A DNA stretch of 64,000 nt from Candidatus Sericytochromatia bacterium (GCA_040400605.1 JBBAPZ010000001.1:158444-222443); one strand, 5' to 3'; numbered from the stretch's first letter, positions 20,281-30,065 are shown. Notes: generated by a model from the letters alone, not told the origin. Numbers and translations are program-made.

Positions 20281-20622
20281 TCATCCACTAATCGTATCTG
20301 CGACAGAAGCGACGATGAGTCCTCCAAACGCTACCGCCCACGCAACTGGCGACTTGAAACCGGTTACCAACACGCTAAGCATCCCGATCAACCCAACAGG
20401 ATACGCGACATTTCTCACTGTTCGCGCATCGAATCTAGGCAATACGGACTTTGAGTGCTGACTAGGGGAACCGAATGCCGCATTATCTTGATACCGACTA
20501 GCCATGATTACTGTGTTAACGACCGGCGAAGTCTCAGATTTGTCGGACTGCTTCGAGGACGTTAAGGCTGTAGAGGTCGGAATTGACGCCCCGCCATTCG
20601 GGTTGAAAGTTGGTCCTGCCAT
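20281..20622 (-). CDS. small hypothetical protein with two C-terminal hydrophobic segments
   Basis: AAAGGA RBS 8 nt before the ATG, Ser/Thr-rich N-terminus, C-terminal hydrophobic hairpin. Confidence 0.55.
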   Translation of the reverse strand: MAGPTFNPNGGASIPTSTALTSSKQSDKSETSPVVNTVIMASRYQDNAAFGSPSQHSKSVLPRFDARTVRNVAYPVGLIGMLSVLVTGFKSPVAWAVAFGGLIVASVADTISG

Positions 20623-21129
20623 CGTTCTTTTCCTTTCGCTTTCCAGCGTGACAAGAGGGCTCCCGACGTCGTTATAGTCAATGAACCGCCTTGACGTGTG
20701 TGAAAAAGACGGATATCACCCCAATTTTAAATGATGAGATGCACGAGCAACGAGATTCCGAACGGGGATGACCCGGCTGCGTTGTATGATCGCTTCTTGC
20801 CGCGCTGCGAGGTCAGGCAGCCGTCGACAGCGGGCCGCAAACGCATCGTCACCCAGCGCGTGCCACGTGGCATGCGCCGCAGTACAAGGAGCCGATCGAA
20901 GACAATTTCGTCAACCACTTGCGAACAACGCCGGCCACCGAGATCCGGCGGGGAAGCGTTATTCTTTGCAGCATCGATCACGTTCAAGCCCTTTCATCCG
21001 ATCGATCGTCAATTCATTGGCGCAGGTCTGTCCGTTACACAAGATTTAAAACCGTTTAAGAATCAAGCAAGTTTTAGTAAAGCCAACCGATAATCGTCTT
21101 CAGGTATTGGTGATTCAGGGGGGCTTCAG

Positions 21130-22203
21130 TTGATCAAGCGTGCTGGTATCGTCGTGATGGTGATGGGATTGGCGGTTGCAGGGTGTACGCGTGCGGGGAC
21201 AGGTGGTTTCACGGGTTTAAACGTAGCGCCGCAGGGCACCGCTGCGCAAAAAACGTCTGATTATGCATCCAATGGGATTGCGATTGCGGACACGCAGCAG
21301 TTTTTGACAGATTCCACGCAATCCGAAGAGCATCCCATTTGGTCGCCGGATGGACAGCTGATTGCGTTTCAGCGTGCTGAAGTCGAAGGTGGTGCTTACA
21401 ATGTGTGGATCATGAAGGCTGATGGCAGTGCCAAGCGTCAGTTAACCTTCAATCAGTCTGATTGCCAACAGCCGACGTGGACGCCTGATGGCCGTTTTAT
21501 CGCTTTTCGTGAGGCCGATCAAAAGCCTGGTTCAGGGGGCAGCCGCGAATTCGACATCGGACTTGTGGAGGTTGCGACGGGCAAGCGTCAGCCTTTGATT
21601 CAGTATCCGGGTGATGACAAGCATCCGACCTTTTCTGCGAACGGTCGTTGGCTCGTGTTCAATTCCGAGCGCGATGGGCGGAAGGCCAATCTGTATATTG
21701 TGCCGATGGACAAGCCCAATGGCAAGCCGCGTCGTCTGACGGACAATGGCAATCAAAACGATGTGCATCCCAGTTTTTCAAAGGATGGACGCTCAATATT
21801 GTACCATTCGTATTTGTTGGGGCGATCGCCCGTTGCTGGTGAGCAACCCACTCGTATCGGCTTGGTGCCATTTGCGGGAGGACCCACGCGTTGGTTGCCG
21901 CTTGAACCGCTGGTCGCACCAAAGCACCCGTTTTTTACCGCGGTGCCGGGGGTCATCACCTTCCATGCCACGGATGCGGCATCCGGTCGCCGTAACATCT
22001 ATGTTTATGATTTCAACCAACAGGGTGCACCAATGGCTGTGACCAGTATCAAAAATGCGAAGCACCCGCAGGTGTCTCCGGATGGAAAGTGGTTGGCTTA
22101 CAGCCACAAACGAAAGGTTGGCGAGCAGCAAGACGGCCAATATGATATCGCGATTGTACAAATGAACTGGTCCGCGCTGCGTAAAGCGGCAAAACCGTCG
22201 TGA
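21130..22203 (+). CDS. TolB-like PD40-repeat beta-propeller lipoprotein
   Basis: Lipobox LAVAGC, repeated P-x-W/F-S-P/x-D/N-G motifs (HPIWSPDG, QPTWTPDG, HPTFSANG, HPSFSKDG, HPQVSPDG). Confidence 0.88.
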   Translation: MIKRAGIVVMVMGLAVAGCTRAGTGGFTGLNVAPQGTAAQKTSDYASNGIAIADTQQFLTDSTQSEEHPIWSPDGQLIAFQRAEVEGGAYNVWIMKADGSAKRQLTFNQSDCQQPTWTPDGRFIAFREADQKPGSGGSREFDIGLVEVATGKRQPLIQYPGDDKHPTFSANGRWLVFNSERDGRKANLYIVPMDKPNGKPRRLTDNGNQNDVHPSFSKDGRSILYHSYLLGRSPVAGEQPTRIGLVPFAGGPTRWLPLEPLVAPKHPFFTAVPGVITFHATDAASGRRNIYVYDFNQQGAPMAVTSIKNAKHPQVSPDGKWLAYSHKRKVGEQQDGQYDIAIVQMNWSALRKAAKPS

Positions 22204-22302
22204 TCAAGGCTGTGAGCAATCGACAGAAAATCTTGGGACCCGTTTGAAGACCTTGTGCAAAACGCCCGGTCGTTGGGTTAACCAACTTTGAACCCAGGCC
22301 AC

Positions 22303-23418
22303 TCAACCGCCTGGGATCACTTCCCGTTCGTTTGTCTGCGCTGGGTTTTTCTTGAGTTTTTCATAATGACCGCTGGTTGACCAACGGGACAGTTTCAGTC
22401 TGTTGACATACTGTATGAAGCGAACCAGTCCGGCGTCGATCTGCAACATCGTTTGCGTTTGAAACCGTATGTTGTCATAAATCATGCCGTCTTCATCCCT
22501 TAACCACAAAAATCCCAAAACGGTCAGTACCAGGCGTACATACGATGCCATACGGCCGAACAACGATTCCGGCTTGCGTGCAATGTAAATCGGCTGTGTG
22601 CGGGCCTGCCCGTTGGCCAAGGGTGTGTAGGCAAAAATCATGCGGGTGGGTTCAGCCTGCCACCGGCCGAACCAGCGGACATCTTCCAAGGTTCGCAGCA
22701 TACCGATTGAGGCATCAACATAGCGCATGCTGTAAGCGTAACGCGTACCCAGCAAGCCACGGATCGTTCGTTGCACCAAGGTTTTATCGGGAATGGCACC
22801 TTCCATGCGAAACTCGATAATGCGGCCATCCGCTGCTTCCTCGGTTTTCAGGGTCATCTCAATCGGAATATTGTGAACCGTGCGTAAATGTTGCGCATCC
22901 AAGCCGTTGATCATGTTGATGTTATGATGACAGGGTCGGGTGACCGCCCTGCCACGAATCGCATACACCGCTGACCCTTGCAGTTCAGGGTATTCCGGCA
23001 CATCGCCTGCTGCTTGTCGCTCAGGCCAGATCCAGATAAACCCGTAGCGTTCGCGTACATCATAGGCCTGCAACCGTGCACGCTCCGGAATGGCTTCGCC
23101 GCAGGGGATATCCGTGCAGACGCCGTCTCCGTCATAGCGCCAGTGATGAAAAAAACAGCGCAACTGATTGCCATCAACGCGACCAATGCCCAGATCTGTT
23201 CCCATATGGGAACAAAACGCATCCATCGCGCGTAACCGCCCGTCCTCACCACGAAAAACAACCACACGCTGATTGCAGAGCTCGTACGCCTTGACTTTCA
23301 GGGGTGCCACATCCTCTGTGGGGCCAAGCAAATACCACGCGAGTGGGACGACATCCCAGTTATTGAATACGGGGTGCCCCACATGCGGTTGAGTGGCCCC
23401 GTTTTTATCTCGATTCAT
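22303..23418 (-). CDS. Rieske non-heme iron oxygenase
   Basis: CSH...CFFH Rieske ligands, mononuclear iron motif NGLDAQHLRTVH, late Asp (DED). Confidence 0.92.
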   Translation of the reverse strand: MNRDKNGATQPHVGHPVFNNWDVVPLAWYLLGPTEDVAPLKVKAYELCNQRVVVFRGEDGRLRAMDAFCSHMGTDLGIGRVDGNQLRCFFHHWRYDGDGVCTDIPCGEAIPERARLQAYDVRERYGFIWIWPERQAAGDVPEYPELQGSAVYAIRGRAVTRPCHHNINMINGLDAQHLRTVHNIPIEMTLKTEEAADGRIIEFRMEGAIPDKTLVQRTIRGLLGTRYAYSMRYVDASIGMLRTLEDVRWFGRWQAEPTRMIFAYTPLANGQARTQPIYIARKPESLFGRMASYVRLVLTVLGFLWLRDEDGMIYDNIRFQTQTMLQIDAGLVRFIQYVNRLKLSRWSTSGHYEKLKKNPAQTNEREVIPGG

Positions 23419-23622
23419 GATACTTCCGCTCTGCGCGCACGATCACCCTTTGCAATCCAATTTTACCCCTCATCGCAGTGCTTTGACAAAACGCCGTCAG
23501 TAGTGAAAACCAGACATGGCAATGTGAACGACTGTCGCTTTGATGTTGCCGATTCAATTGCGGTTGTTGACCACGCTGACAGCGCATTGGCACGCCGTGG
23601 TGACAGGGTGTTGGGCGGGGTG

Positions 23623-25182
23623 TCATTTTGCGCCATCGTCGGTGCGCAGGTCGTCCAGCAGTGTGTGATCAGCGAGTCGGACAAACAGCAGTGTCGGTTT
23701 GATGTCACCCCATTTCATGCCTTGCCTGGTTTGCCAGGCGGCCAGAATCGATGCTGCCTGGGGGTGAATGAGTGGTTCAATCGGCCCCAATTGGCCCAAC
23801 TCTCTGGCCAGACGATAATGGTGGCTGTTCAGCAATTGGGCGTCAATATGGGCAGCCAGTGCGACGGTGTCTTGGCTGCAATGGTCCATCACGAGGCAGT
23901 AGCGATCGCCCCCGATGCGGCACGGCACAAAACTCGCAACCGATGCGTCGTCAGGCAACAGCTTCGACACCTCGGCACGGATCAATGTTTCGGACAGTTT
24001 TTCGCCCACGAGATCGGATACCAGTCGCCCACGCCCCAGAAAAGCCAAGGTTGGGGTTTGCGCAATCCGTCCCACCACTTGCACGACATCCCCCAACCGA
24101 TACCGGTACAAACCACCCATCTGAGACACAATCACCTGGTACGATTCACCCATTTTCAGCTCGTGCAGTCCGAGCCAATGACCATCGTCCGTTTCAAACT
24201 CAAAATAGACATCATCAAGCAGGGGCACACCGCCTGTGACACCAGTCAAGGGAATGGTGAGAGGGGCTTCGGTGGCCAAGAGCCCTTTGCCCTGAAAGCG
24301 CACGTCCGGCAGGCAGTCTTGCAAGCGTTCCGCCACCGCTTGCGCGTGACCATCCCTCCAGCAGGAAACCAAACGCAGTGAGGGCCAGATGCGGCGCCAG
24401 TCTATCGTCGTTTCTGCGAGGGCTTGGCGAGTGTCTGGGTGCAGTGCCGGCCCATTGGCTGTCAGCAAATCCTGACGATTGGCTGAAATCCAGTCAAACA
24501 GGATCAACAGGTAGGTGGGATTCCAGATCGAAATCGATTCGAGATCTCGCGCTTTAAGCAGCGCAACGCTGACCGCTTGCTTGAATGATTCGGCATCACG
24601 TGCGGCGGCGGCGTCCGGCACCTGAACAAAAAATGGATCCAGCCATGGTTTGAGCCAACGCCCCAAGTAATCCGCATCGGATTCGAAACCTACTTGCGAA
24701 CCTGCGGCGATCGAATGGCTTGCGAGGTGAAAGCGCGGCGAAATGGAAAAATAAAAACGCCCTTGGCCAAGCCCGGGGTCGTGGCGTAGCAAATCACCCA
24801 CCCACAAAACAAACATTCTCCTGAAGGACTGCAACAAGGTGGGAGGGTAGGGAATGAGCTTGGATTGGCCCGCGCTCCCGGACGTTGGTTCGAATTGGCG
24901 TACGATACCTGGCAGCAACACATCAGGTTCGCCGCGGGTGACGCGTTCAACCCATGGTGTCAGGTCATCGAAGGACACAATGGGCAAACGGCGTAAAAAG
25001 TCAGGCGGTGTTTCAATGCCGTAATGCCGTCCATACGACGACTGTCGAGCCAGGCGCGTCAGGCGTTTCAATACGGTTGCCTGTGCATGGGCTGGGTGGC
25101 GCAGGCTGTGCGCAAAGCGTGCCAGAAACGGAGCACTGTAAGCGAGAAACAATCCCCGCAGCAACCAACGGAGGGGCTTCAC
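23623..25182 (-). CDS. GH3-family acyl-acid amido synthetase (adenylating enzyme)
   Basis: PTSGSAGQSKLIP, KGLLATE, YFEF, GGLYRYRLGDVV, FLGR...DLVGEKL. Confidence 0.9.
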   Translation of the reverse strand: MKPLRWLLRGLFLAYSAPFLARFAHSLRHPAHAQATVLKRLTRLARQSSYGRHYGIETPPDFLRRLPIVSFDDLTPWVERVTRGEPDVLLPGIVRQFEPTSGSAGQSKLIPYPPTLLQSFRRMFVLWVGDLLRHDPGLGQGRFYFSISPRFHLASHSIAAGSQVGFESDADYLGRWLKPWLDPFFVQVPDAAAARDAESFKQAVSVALLKARDLESISIWNPTYLLILFDWISANRQDLLTANGPALHPDTRQALAETTIDWRRIWPSLRLVSCWRDGHAQAVAERLQDCLPDVRFQGKGLLATEAPLTIPLTGVTGGVPLLDDVYFEFETDDGHWLGLHELKMGESYQVIVSQMGGLYRYRLGDVVQVVGRIAQTPTLAFLGRGRLVSDLVGEKLSETLIRAEVSKLLPDDASVASFVPCRIGGDRYCLVMDHCSQDTVALAAHIDAQLLNSHHYRLARELGQLGPIEPLIHPQAASILAAWQTRQGMKWGDIKPTLLFVRLADHTLLDDLRTDDGAK

Positions 25183-25841
25183 TGTGCCACGTCAGTAGTG
25201 GGTTCGTGAGGGGCTGACTCCGGGGTTCGTGCCTCGATGACGATGTCGGGCAAGACATCAACGGTGGCGCGTACCAACGCGTTTGCCCTGACGACGACAC
25301 CGGGGCCATAACGGCTTGAGGCGCCAAGAAATGCGCGATCCTCAAAGCACACACGCTTGATGTAAATTTTCATCCCGCCATATTGTCGGCTCGGTGAAAT
25401 GTAGTGGGAAGTCACTTTGACGCCGTAGCCAAAAATGACGTTGTCACCCACTTCCAGCATGCCGCGATCCGCAATTTCAAACCCCGGTGCAAAATACACG
25501 TTGCGTCCGATGCGCGCACCCCAAGCCCGCAACCACAACTGAAAAAGACCCGGTACGAGGCGCAGGACATTTTCGAGAAAAGGGACGGCAATCAACCCTT
25601 GTTGAATCATGTGGGTACCGAACCAAGGGGAGTAGCCTTGGGCGATCGAAAAGGTTCCCTCTTCCAGGCGCCACACCAGTTGATGAAGGTGATAGGCGAG
25701 CAGTGGCAGCAAATAGGCCGCCGTTGGAATCAGGGCCAAGGTTGGCCAGCAGGGGTGAAAGACGAACCATGTAATCGCCCCGAGCAGTGCCCCAAGGTGC
25801 ACAGACGGGAACAGGGTCATCAGACGGGCAAGCAATGTCAT
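25179..25841 (-). CDS. membrane protein with a hexapeptide acyltransferase-like domain (Pls/PosA C-terminal-domain-like unit)
   Basis: Two TM helices, then WLRAWGARIGRNVYF and left-handed beta-helix repeats. ATGA/GTGA overlaps with both neighbours. Confidence 0.75.
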   Translation of the reverse strand: MTLLARLMTLFPSVHLGALLGAITWFVFHPCWPTLALIPTAAYLLPLLAYHLHQLVWRLEEGTFSIAQGYSPWFGTHMIQQGLIAVPFLENVLRLVPGLFQLWLRAWGARIGRNVYFAPGFEIADRGMLEVGDNVIFGYGVKVTSHYISPSRQYGGMKIYIKRVCFEDRAFLGASSRYGPGVVVRANALVRATVDVLPDIVIEARTPESAPHEPTTDVAQ

Positions 25842-26593
25842 TGATAAGGCCACACCAATTGTCTAAAAACTGTACCTGGCACTGGAACGCCAACGGTGTC
25901 CGGTGGGTGTTCGAATCTTCGATAGGTATCGTGCATGCGATCCCACCAACTGAAATTGGCACCGTAATTGTAATTGATTCCGGCACCCGCATGATGCCAC
26001 GCGTGATCCGTTGGGGTAATCAATACGCGTCCCACCCACGCATCAATCCGCGGCGACAGATAACACCCCGAATGCCGCCACAAATCCATTGCCGATGACA
26101 AAGCCGCCGCCCACAACACCGCCGCTTCGCAGCCCGTTACAAACACCCAGGCACCATTCAGCCACAGGTAAACAATCAAAAAACTGGCCCAAACGGGATT
26201 GCGGGAGGTCGCCCACACATCCAACACCCGCGACCCGTGATGAACGCGATGAATGGGCCACAAGGAACGGCGATGCAGCAAGCGGTGGTTCCAGTAATAG
26301 GCATAGTCAACACCCACGAATACGCCCAAAAAAGCCACCCATCCCGGCACAGACCATATTCCTTCCAGATTCGGGCAAAGCCAGCGCAAGCCCTGAACCA
26401 CCAGCCATGCCTGCAACAAAGGAATCGTCACGCCTTGGATCCACAAGCCCACAGCATCCATCGACCATTCCGTTGGTCGACGGCTTCGTAACCAGCCAGC
26501 AACGCCGAGGCGCCGCCAGACCACAATGGTGAAAAGCAGGAAACAGACACCGGTCAATGCGGCGCTACCCAATTGATGAACCACGCGTTCCAT
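25838..26593 (-). CDS. sterol desaturase / fatty acid hydroxylase superfamily membrane diiron enzyme
   Basis: His boxes YYWNHRLLH, HRVHH and HAWHH, plus NYG..FSWWDRM..TY. Confidence 0.92.
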   Translation of the reverse strand: MERVVHQLGSAALTGVCFLLFTIVVWRRLGVAGWLRSRRPTEWSMDAVGLWIQGVTIPLLQAWLVVQGLRWLCPNLEGIWSVPGWVAFLGVFVGVDYAYYWNHRLLHRRSLWPIHRVHHGSRVLDVWATSRNPVWASFLIVYLWLNGAWVFVTGCEAAVLWAAALSSAMDLWRHSGCYLSPRIDAWVGRVLITPTDHAWHHAGAGINYNYGANFSWWDRMHDTYRRFEHPPDTVGVPVPGTVFRQLVWPYQ

Positions 26594-26605
26594 CTTGCAG
26601 CCTTC

Positions 26606-27640
26606 TTAGATGTACATCGTCACGCGGGCCGATTTGGGCGGTAGGCAGGCCGGGTCCCGCCCCTCGTGAATCTCTTTTTGAATGCTTTCCACGTAGACAT
26701 GAATCAAGTCAGAGGGCGTATTGGCGAAATCTTCACCATAGCGACGAATCACGTCCCCTTGCTGTTTCAGTGCAACAATGTCTTGGTCGATGATGGCCTG
26801 TGAGTAGCGCCGGATCGCCCAGGTTATCCAACGCGTCCAGATGCCATAATTGTAGGTGACATCGGTATAGACCAAAGTTTTGCCAGCCTCAAGCGGTATG
26901 GCCTGCGACGTGATGATGAGGTGTCGGGTGGGACCCATGTGATACTCAACGCAACTGACATTGGGCGCAAAAAACTCATCGGTGTGTCCGATGCTGTGCC
27001 CACCGGGGTTCAGAAATCGGCTGAACCAGCCCAAATTCGTGTTTTCGTTAAAATACTCCGCCCGCACGCTCGCACCTTGGCGCGCAATGGACACATCAAT
27101 GGGCTGACGGCGTTCCCGACGAAAAATACCAGGATGGACATAAACCGTGTGAGGAATATCAATAAAATTCTCAATGCAATTGGTGACGGAATTTTCAAAC
27201 AGGTTAATCACCCGCACGGTACGATAACCCGCTTCACCATAGCGCCGCATCCGAAACGGCTCTACCGTCAACGTCGGCGTCGCATTCAAACGAACATAAA
27301 CAAAGCCATCCAATTCGCGGGTCTCATAGACAACCGCGCACCGTTTGGCTACCTGCTTGAAATTGGTGCCTTCGGACGGTACCGCGACCACCGCACCACC
27401 TGTGCCATAGGTCCAGCCATGATACCCGCAGACGAGTTTGCCATCCACAACGCGCCCCTTCGACAGCGGCGCTGCGCGGTGTTTGCACCGGTCTTGCAAC
27501 ACAACCGCCTCCCCGGACTCGTTTCTGAAAACCACGAGATTTTCACCGAGAACCTGCCGCGCCAACACATCCTGTCGGCCCAACGCACGCGACTCGGAAA
27601 CGATGTACCAAAAATCCCTTTCACTTACCCCCACAAACAA
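26606..27640 (-). CDS. Rieske non-heme iron oxygenase (VanA-like architecture)
   Basis: RCKH...CGYHGW, ENFIDIPHTVYVH, IIDQD. Confidence 0.92.
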   Translation of the reverse strand: MFVGVSERDFWYIVSESRALGRQDVLARQVLGENLVVFRNESGEAVVLQDRCKHRAAPLSKGRVVDGKLVCGYHGWTYGTGGAVVAVPSEGTNFKQVAKRCAVVYETRELDGFVYVRLNATPTLTVEPFRMRRYGEAGYRTVRVINLFENSVTNCIENFIDIPHTVYVHPGIFRRERRQPIDVSIARQGASVRAEYFNENTNLGWFSRFLNPGGHSIGHTDEFFAPNVSCVEYHMGPTRHLIITSQAIPLEAGKTLVYTDVTYNYGIWTRWITWAIRRYSQAIIDQDIVALKQQGDVIRRYGEDFANTPSDLIHVYVESIQKEIHEGRDPACLPPKSARVTMYI

Positions 27641-27643
27641 CCC

Positions 27644-27937
27644 TCACTGCGGCAACGGCTTGAGGGTGAGGGGACAACAGACATCAATCTGACAGGCAAG
27701 GCGCGCGCGGGGATTGTCCGTCAACACATCCAGCAGTTCCTGCTCATCGCCACCCGGGGGTTCCAACTGTTCGAGGCCCGCCTGCACTTCAACAAGGCAT
27801 GTGCCACAGATACCTGTGCGACAACCAAATAAAATTGGTGAACGCGTGGCATCAAGTTCCACAGAGAGCGATCGCCCCGCCGATACGGTTGACGGCTCGT
27901 ACCCCGGTTCCTCATAGTGAATCTGAAATTGCGTCAC
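27644..27937 (-). CDS. 2Fe-2S ferredoxin
   Basis: FGCRTGICGTC...RLACQ. GTGA overlap with the upstream gene. Confidence 0.92.
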   Translation of the reverse strand: MTQFQIHYEEPGYEPSTVSAGRSLSVELDATRSPILFGCRTGICGTCLVEVQAGLEQLEPPGGDEQELLDVLTDNPRARLACQIDVCCPLTLKPLPQ

Positions 27938-29169
27938 GTCACCGCCTCCCGCATCGTGGGACGAACCCCAGGAATTCGATCCGGCTTCACATTTCGCGCA
28001 AAGTCAGCCAACGCTCGCCGATTTTGCGTCAGATAACCTTGCATCGTTGTCTGACGCATCAGGCTCAAATTCTTGTTCTCCGCATTGACGTAACCCAAGG
28101 GATCCAAATAGCGCTGATACGAATCGATCGCCGTCTGCATGGTTGCAAACGAAGCCGTGTTGCCATTGTTTTCTTCCGCGAAGCAAAGCCGCATCATCTC
28201 CAACGCTTCACCATGCGCCATCCCGAAAATACCACTGCGCAACACTTTGTAGATTGCCTGAAATGTTGCTGGCTCGTGCCAGAACAAACCATTGACCACA
28301 GCGGAAAAATGGCGGTGATCCTTTTGGCACCCCATAATCGCACGGTTGCCCACCATCGCCTCAAACGCCGACGGCTTGGGCAGGGCGTCAATCACCTCGC
28401 AGCCAACGATACAGGAACTGTTAAAATGAAAACTCTCATCCATAAAATGATAATGGCTGATGGCAGAGGGTACTGCGGCTGTTTCTCGTTCCGGCAGACG
28501 CATGTAATACTGAGACAATTTGTGTTGCACCATCTTGCCATTCAAGGTGCGTAAGCCACGCACCGTAAAATACTGCGACGCGATGAACGCATTGCTTGAC
28601 GTGAGCAGGTTGTACGCCTGCAACTGAAAGGTGCGCCACATATCCTTCAATTTGTTGGTGTCCGGAAAAAGCATGGTCTGCGCGTAGGGGCTGCGCATGG
28701 ACCATGAAAACACCCGCTCACCGAAAAGCGCTTCCTCGACTTGATCGCTCACAGTTTTGAACGCATTGATATGCGCGCGTTCCTGGGCCGATTCGAGGTC
28801 CAACATATCACAGACCCCGCGAAAATCTTCCAAGGCATAAAGTCCGGCTGCGCAGGTCTGATTCAAGAAAATTGTGGCGACTTCCGCTGAGATGATCTGC
28901 GAATAATACGCCACCCAATACAACTGATTCAAACGCAAACGCTGCGTCTCATCCGCCTGATCCCACAATGGCGTACCATGTAGCAGCGAATGCTCCGGCG
29001 AGTTCCAATACTGATGCTGGCAGTCCTCATATCGAAACTTTTTCGCCGCTTGGTCAAGCAATGCCGTATGATCCTGCTCCTTGTTGCGTGAATGATTCAG
29101 ATGAATCTTCTTGCAGAGTTTTTCATCCTGAACGATTGCCGAAACCGGACGGGGCAGCTTCTCACTCAT
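27934..29169 (-). CDS. AurF/CylC-like dimetal-carboxylate enzyme, candidate halogenase
   Basis: SAEVAT, QERAH and HFMDESFH ligand motifs. N-terminal FRYEDC..YW..PE.SLL.GTPLW...Q.L.LN.LYW recalls CylC-family proteins (recognition by eye). ATGA overlap at 29166-29169. Confidence 0.72.
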   Translation of the reverse strand: MSEKLPRPVSAIVQDEKLCKKIHLNHSRNKEQDHTALLDQAAKKFRYEDCQHQYWNSPEHSLLHGTPLWDQADETQRLRLNQLYWVAYYSQIISAEVATIFLNQTCAAGLYALEDFRGVCDMLDLESAQERAHINAFKTVSDQVEEALFGERVFSWSMRSPYAQTMLFPDTNKLKDMWRTFQLQAYNLLTSSNAFIASQYFTVRGLRTLNGKMVQHKLSQYYMRLPERETAAVPSAISHYHFMDESFHFNSSCIVGCEVIDALPKPSAFEAMVGNRAIMGCQKDHRHFSAVVNGLFWHEPATFQAIYKVLRSGIFGMAHGEALEMMRLCFAEENNGNTASFATMQTAIDSYQRYLDPLGYVNAENKNLSLMRQTTMQGYLTQNRRALADFARNVKPDRIPGVRPTMREAVT

Positions 29170-30065
29170 ACACACCTCGTTGCTTCCAAAGGGTCAAACG
29201 CACGCAATTCTTCCAGAGCCACAATCACATCGTGTGCGCCCTCCTGCGCCATCAACTGGCGCAAGGTATTCAAACGCGAGGCGCTGTGTGCCATTGTATC
29301 CAATTCCTCCAGGGTCTTCACCCGTTCGGCACGCGACAAGCCACCCACTGCCTCATCAATGGCCGACAGTACCGCTTGCGGCCCTACCTGCACCATGCCC
29401 AAAAATTGCCTGAGCGTATCAATCAACACCTGACGCTCACTGCGACCCAACTTGGCCACCAACGACTTTTGCACATTGAGTACGACCCCACCACCATGAT
29501 GACGCGCTTCGTCCTTTAAAATGGCCTGTAACACCTGCCGAAACCACGGTTCTTGGCAGCCCCGCATCATGTCGCTGTAGCGCTGCAAGCCCCAGCCTTC
29601 CAGCACCACTTGAATCAAAAAGACGAGTGTTGCCGGGTTGTGAGCGGCGATCGATTCATTCAGGATACGGTGAAACGCATTGGGCTTGACTTGGGCGATC
29701 GCCTGACCCAACGCCTCTTTCACCCAGGCATAATGGGTGGCCTCATCAGCCGCGAACAAGGCATATAGCATGCGTTCCTCATCGGAATCAGCCAGCATGC
29801 ACATGCGAGACGCATACACCATGCCGGCATCCTCAATGTAAAAAGCTTCCTCAAGCAAACCCCGATTACACCGCGAAACAATTTGCTGCTGCACATCACG
29901 CCGTGCCGAACGGTAGACGCTTGTGCGTTCCAGATTAAAAAATTGCCCATCCCAAAAATTATCAGGCACACCCTTAAAAGACTCGAAAGTACTCCCCGCC
30001 TTGTGCAAAGCGTGACGCAAAATCGACTGGGTGCGATCGCACACGGGCATGTCATCAACGACCAT
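29166..30065 (-). CDS. ferritin-like diiron carboxylate protein
   Basis: FYIE, ADEATH, VLEGWG and KDEARH give a full E / ExxH / E / ExxH set. Start at ATG 30065 after AGGGAG. Confidence 0.85.
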   Translation of the reverse strand: MVVDDMPVCDRTQSILRHALHKAGSTFESFKGVPDNFWDGQFFNLERTSVYRSARRDVQQQIVSRCNRGLLEEAFYIEDAGMVYASRMCMLADSDEERMLYALFAADEATHYAWVKEALGQAIAQVKPNAFHRILNESIAAHNPATLVFLIQVVLEGWGLQRYSDMMRGCQEPWFRQVLQAILKDEARHHGGGVVLNVQKSLVAKLGRSERQVLIDTLRQFLGMVQVGPQAVLSAIDEAVGGLSRAERVKTLEELDTMAHSASRLNTLRQLMAQEGAHDVIVALEELRAFDPLEATRCV

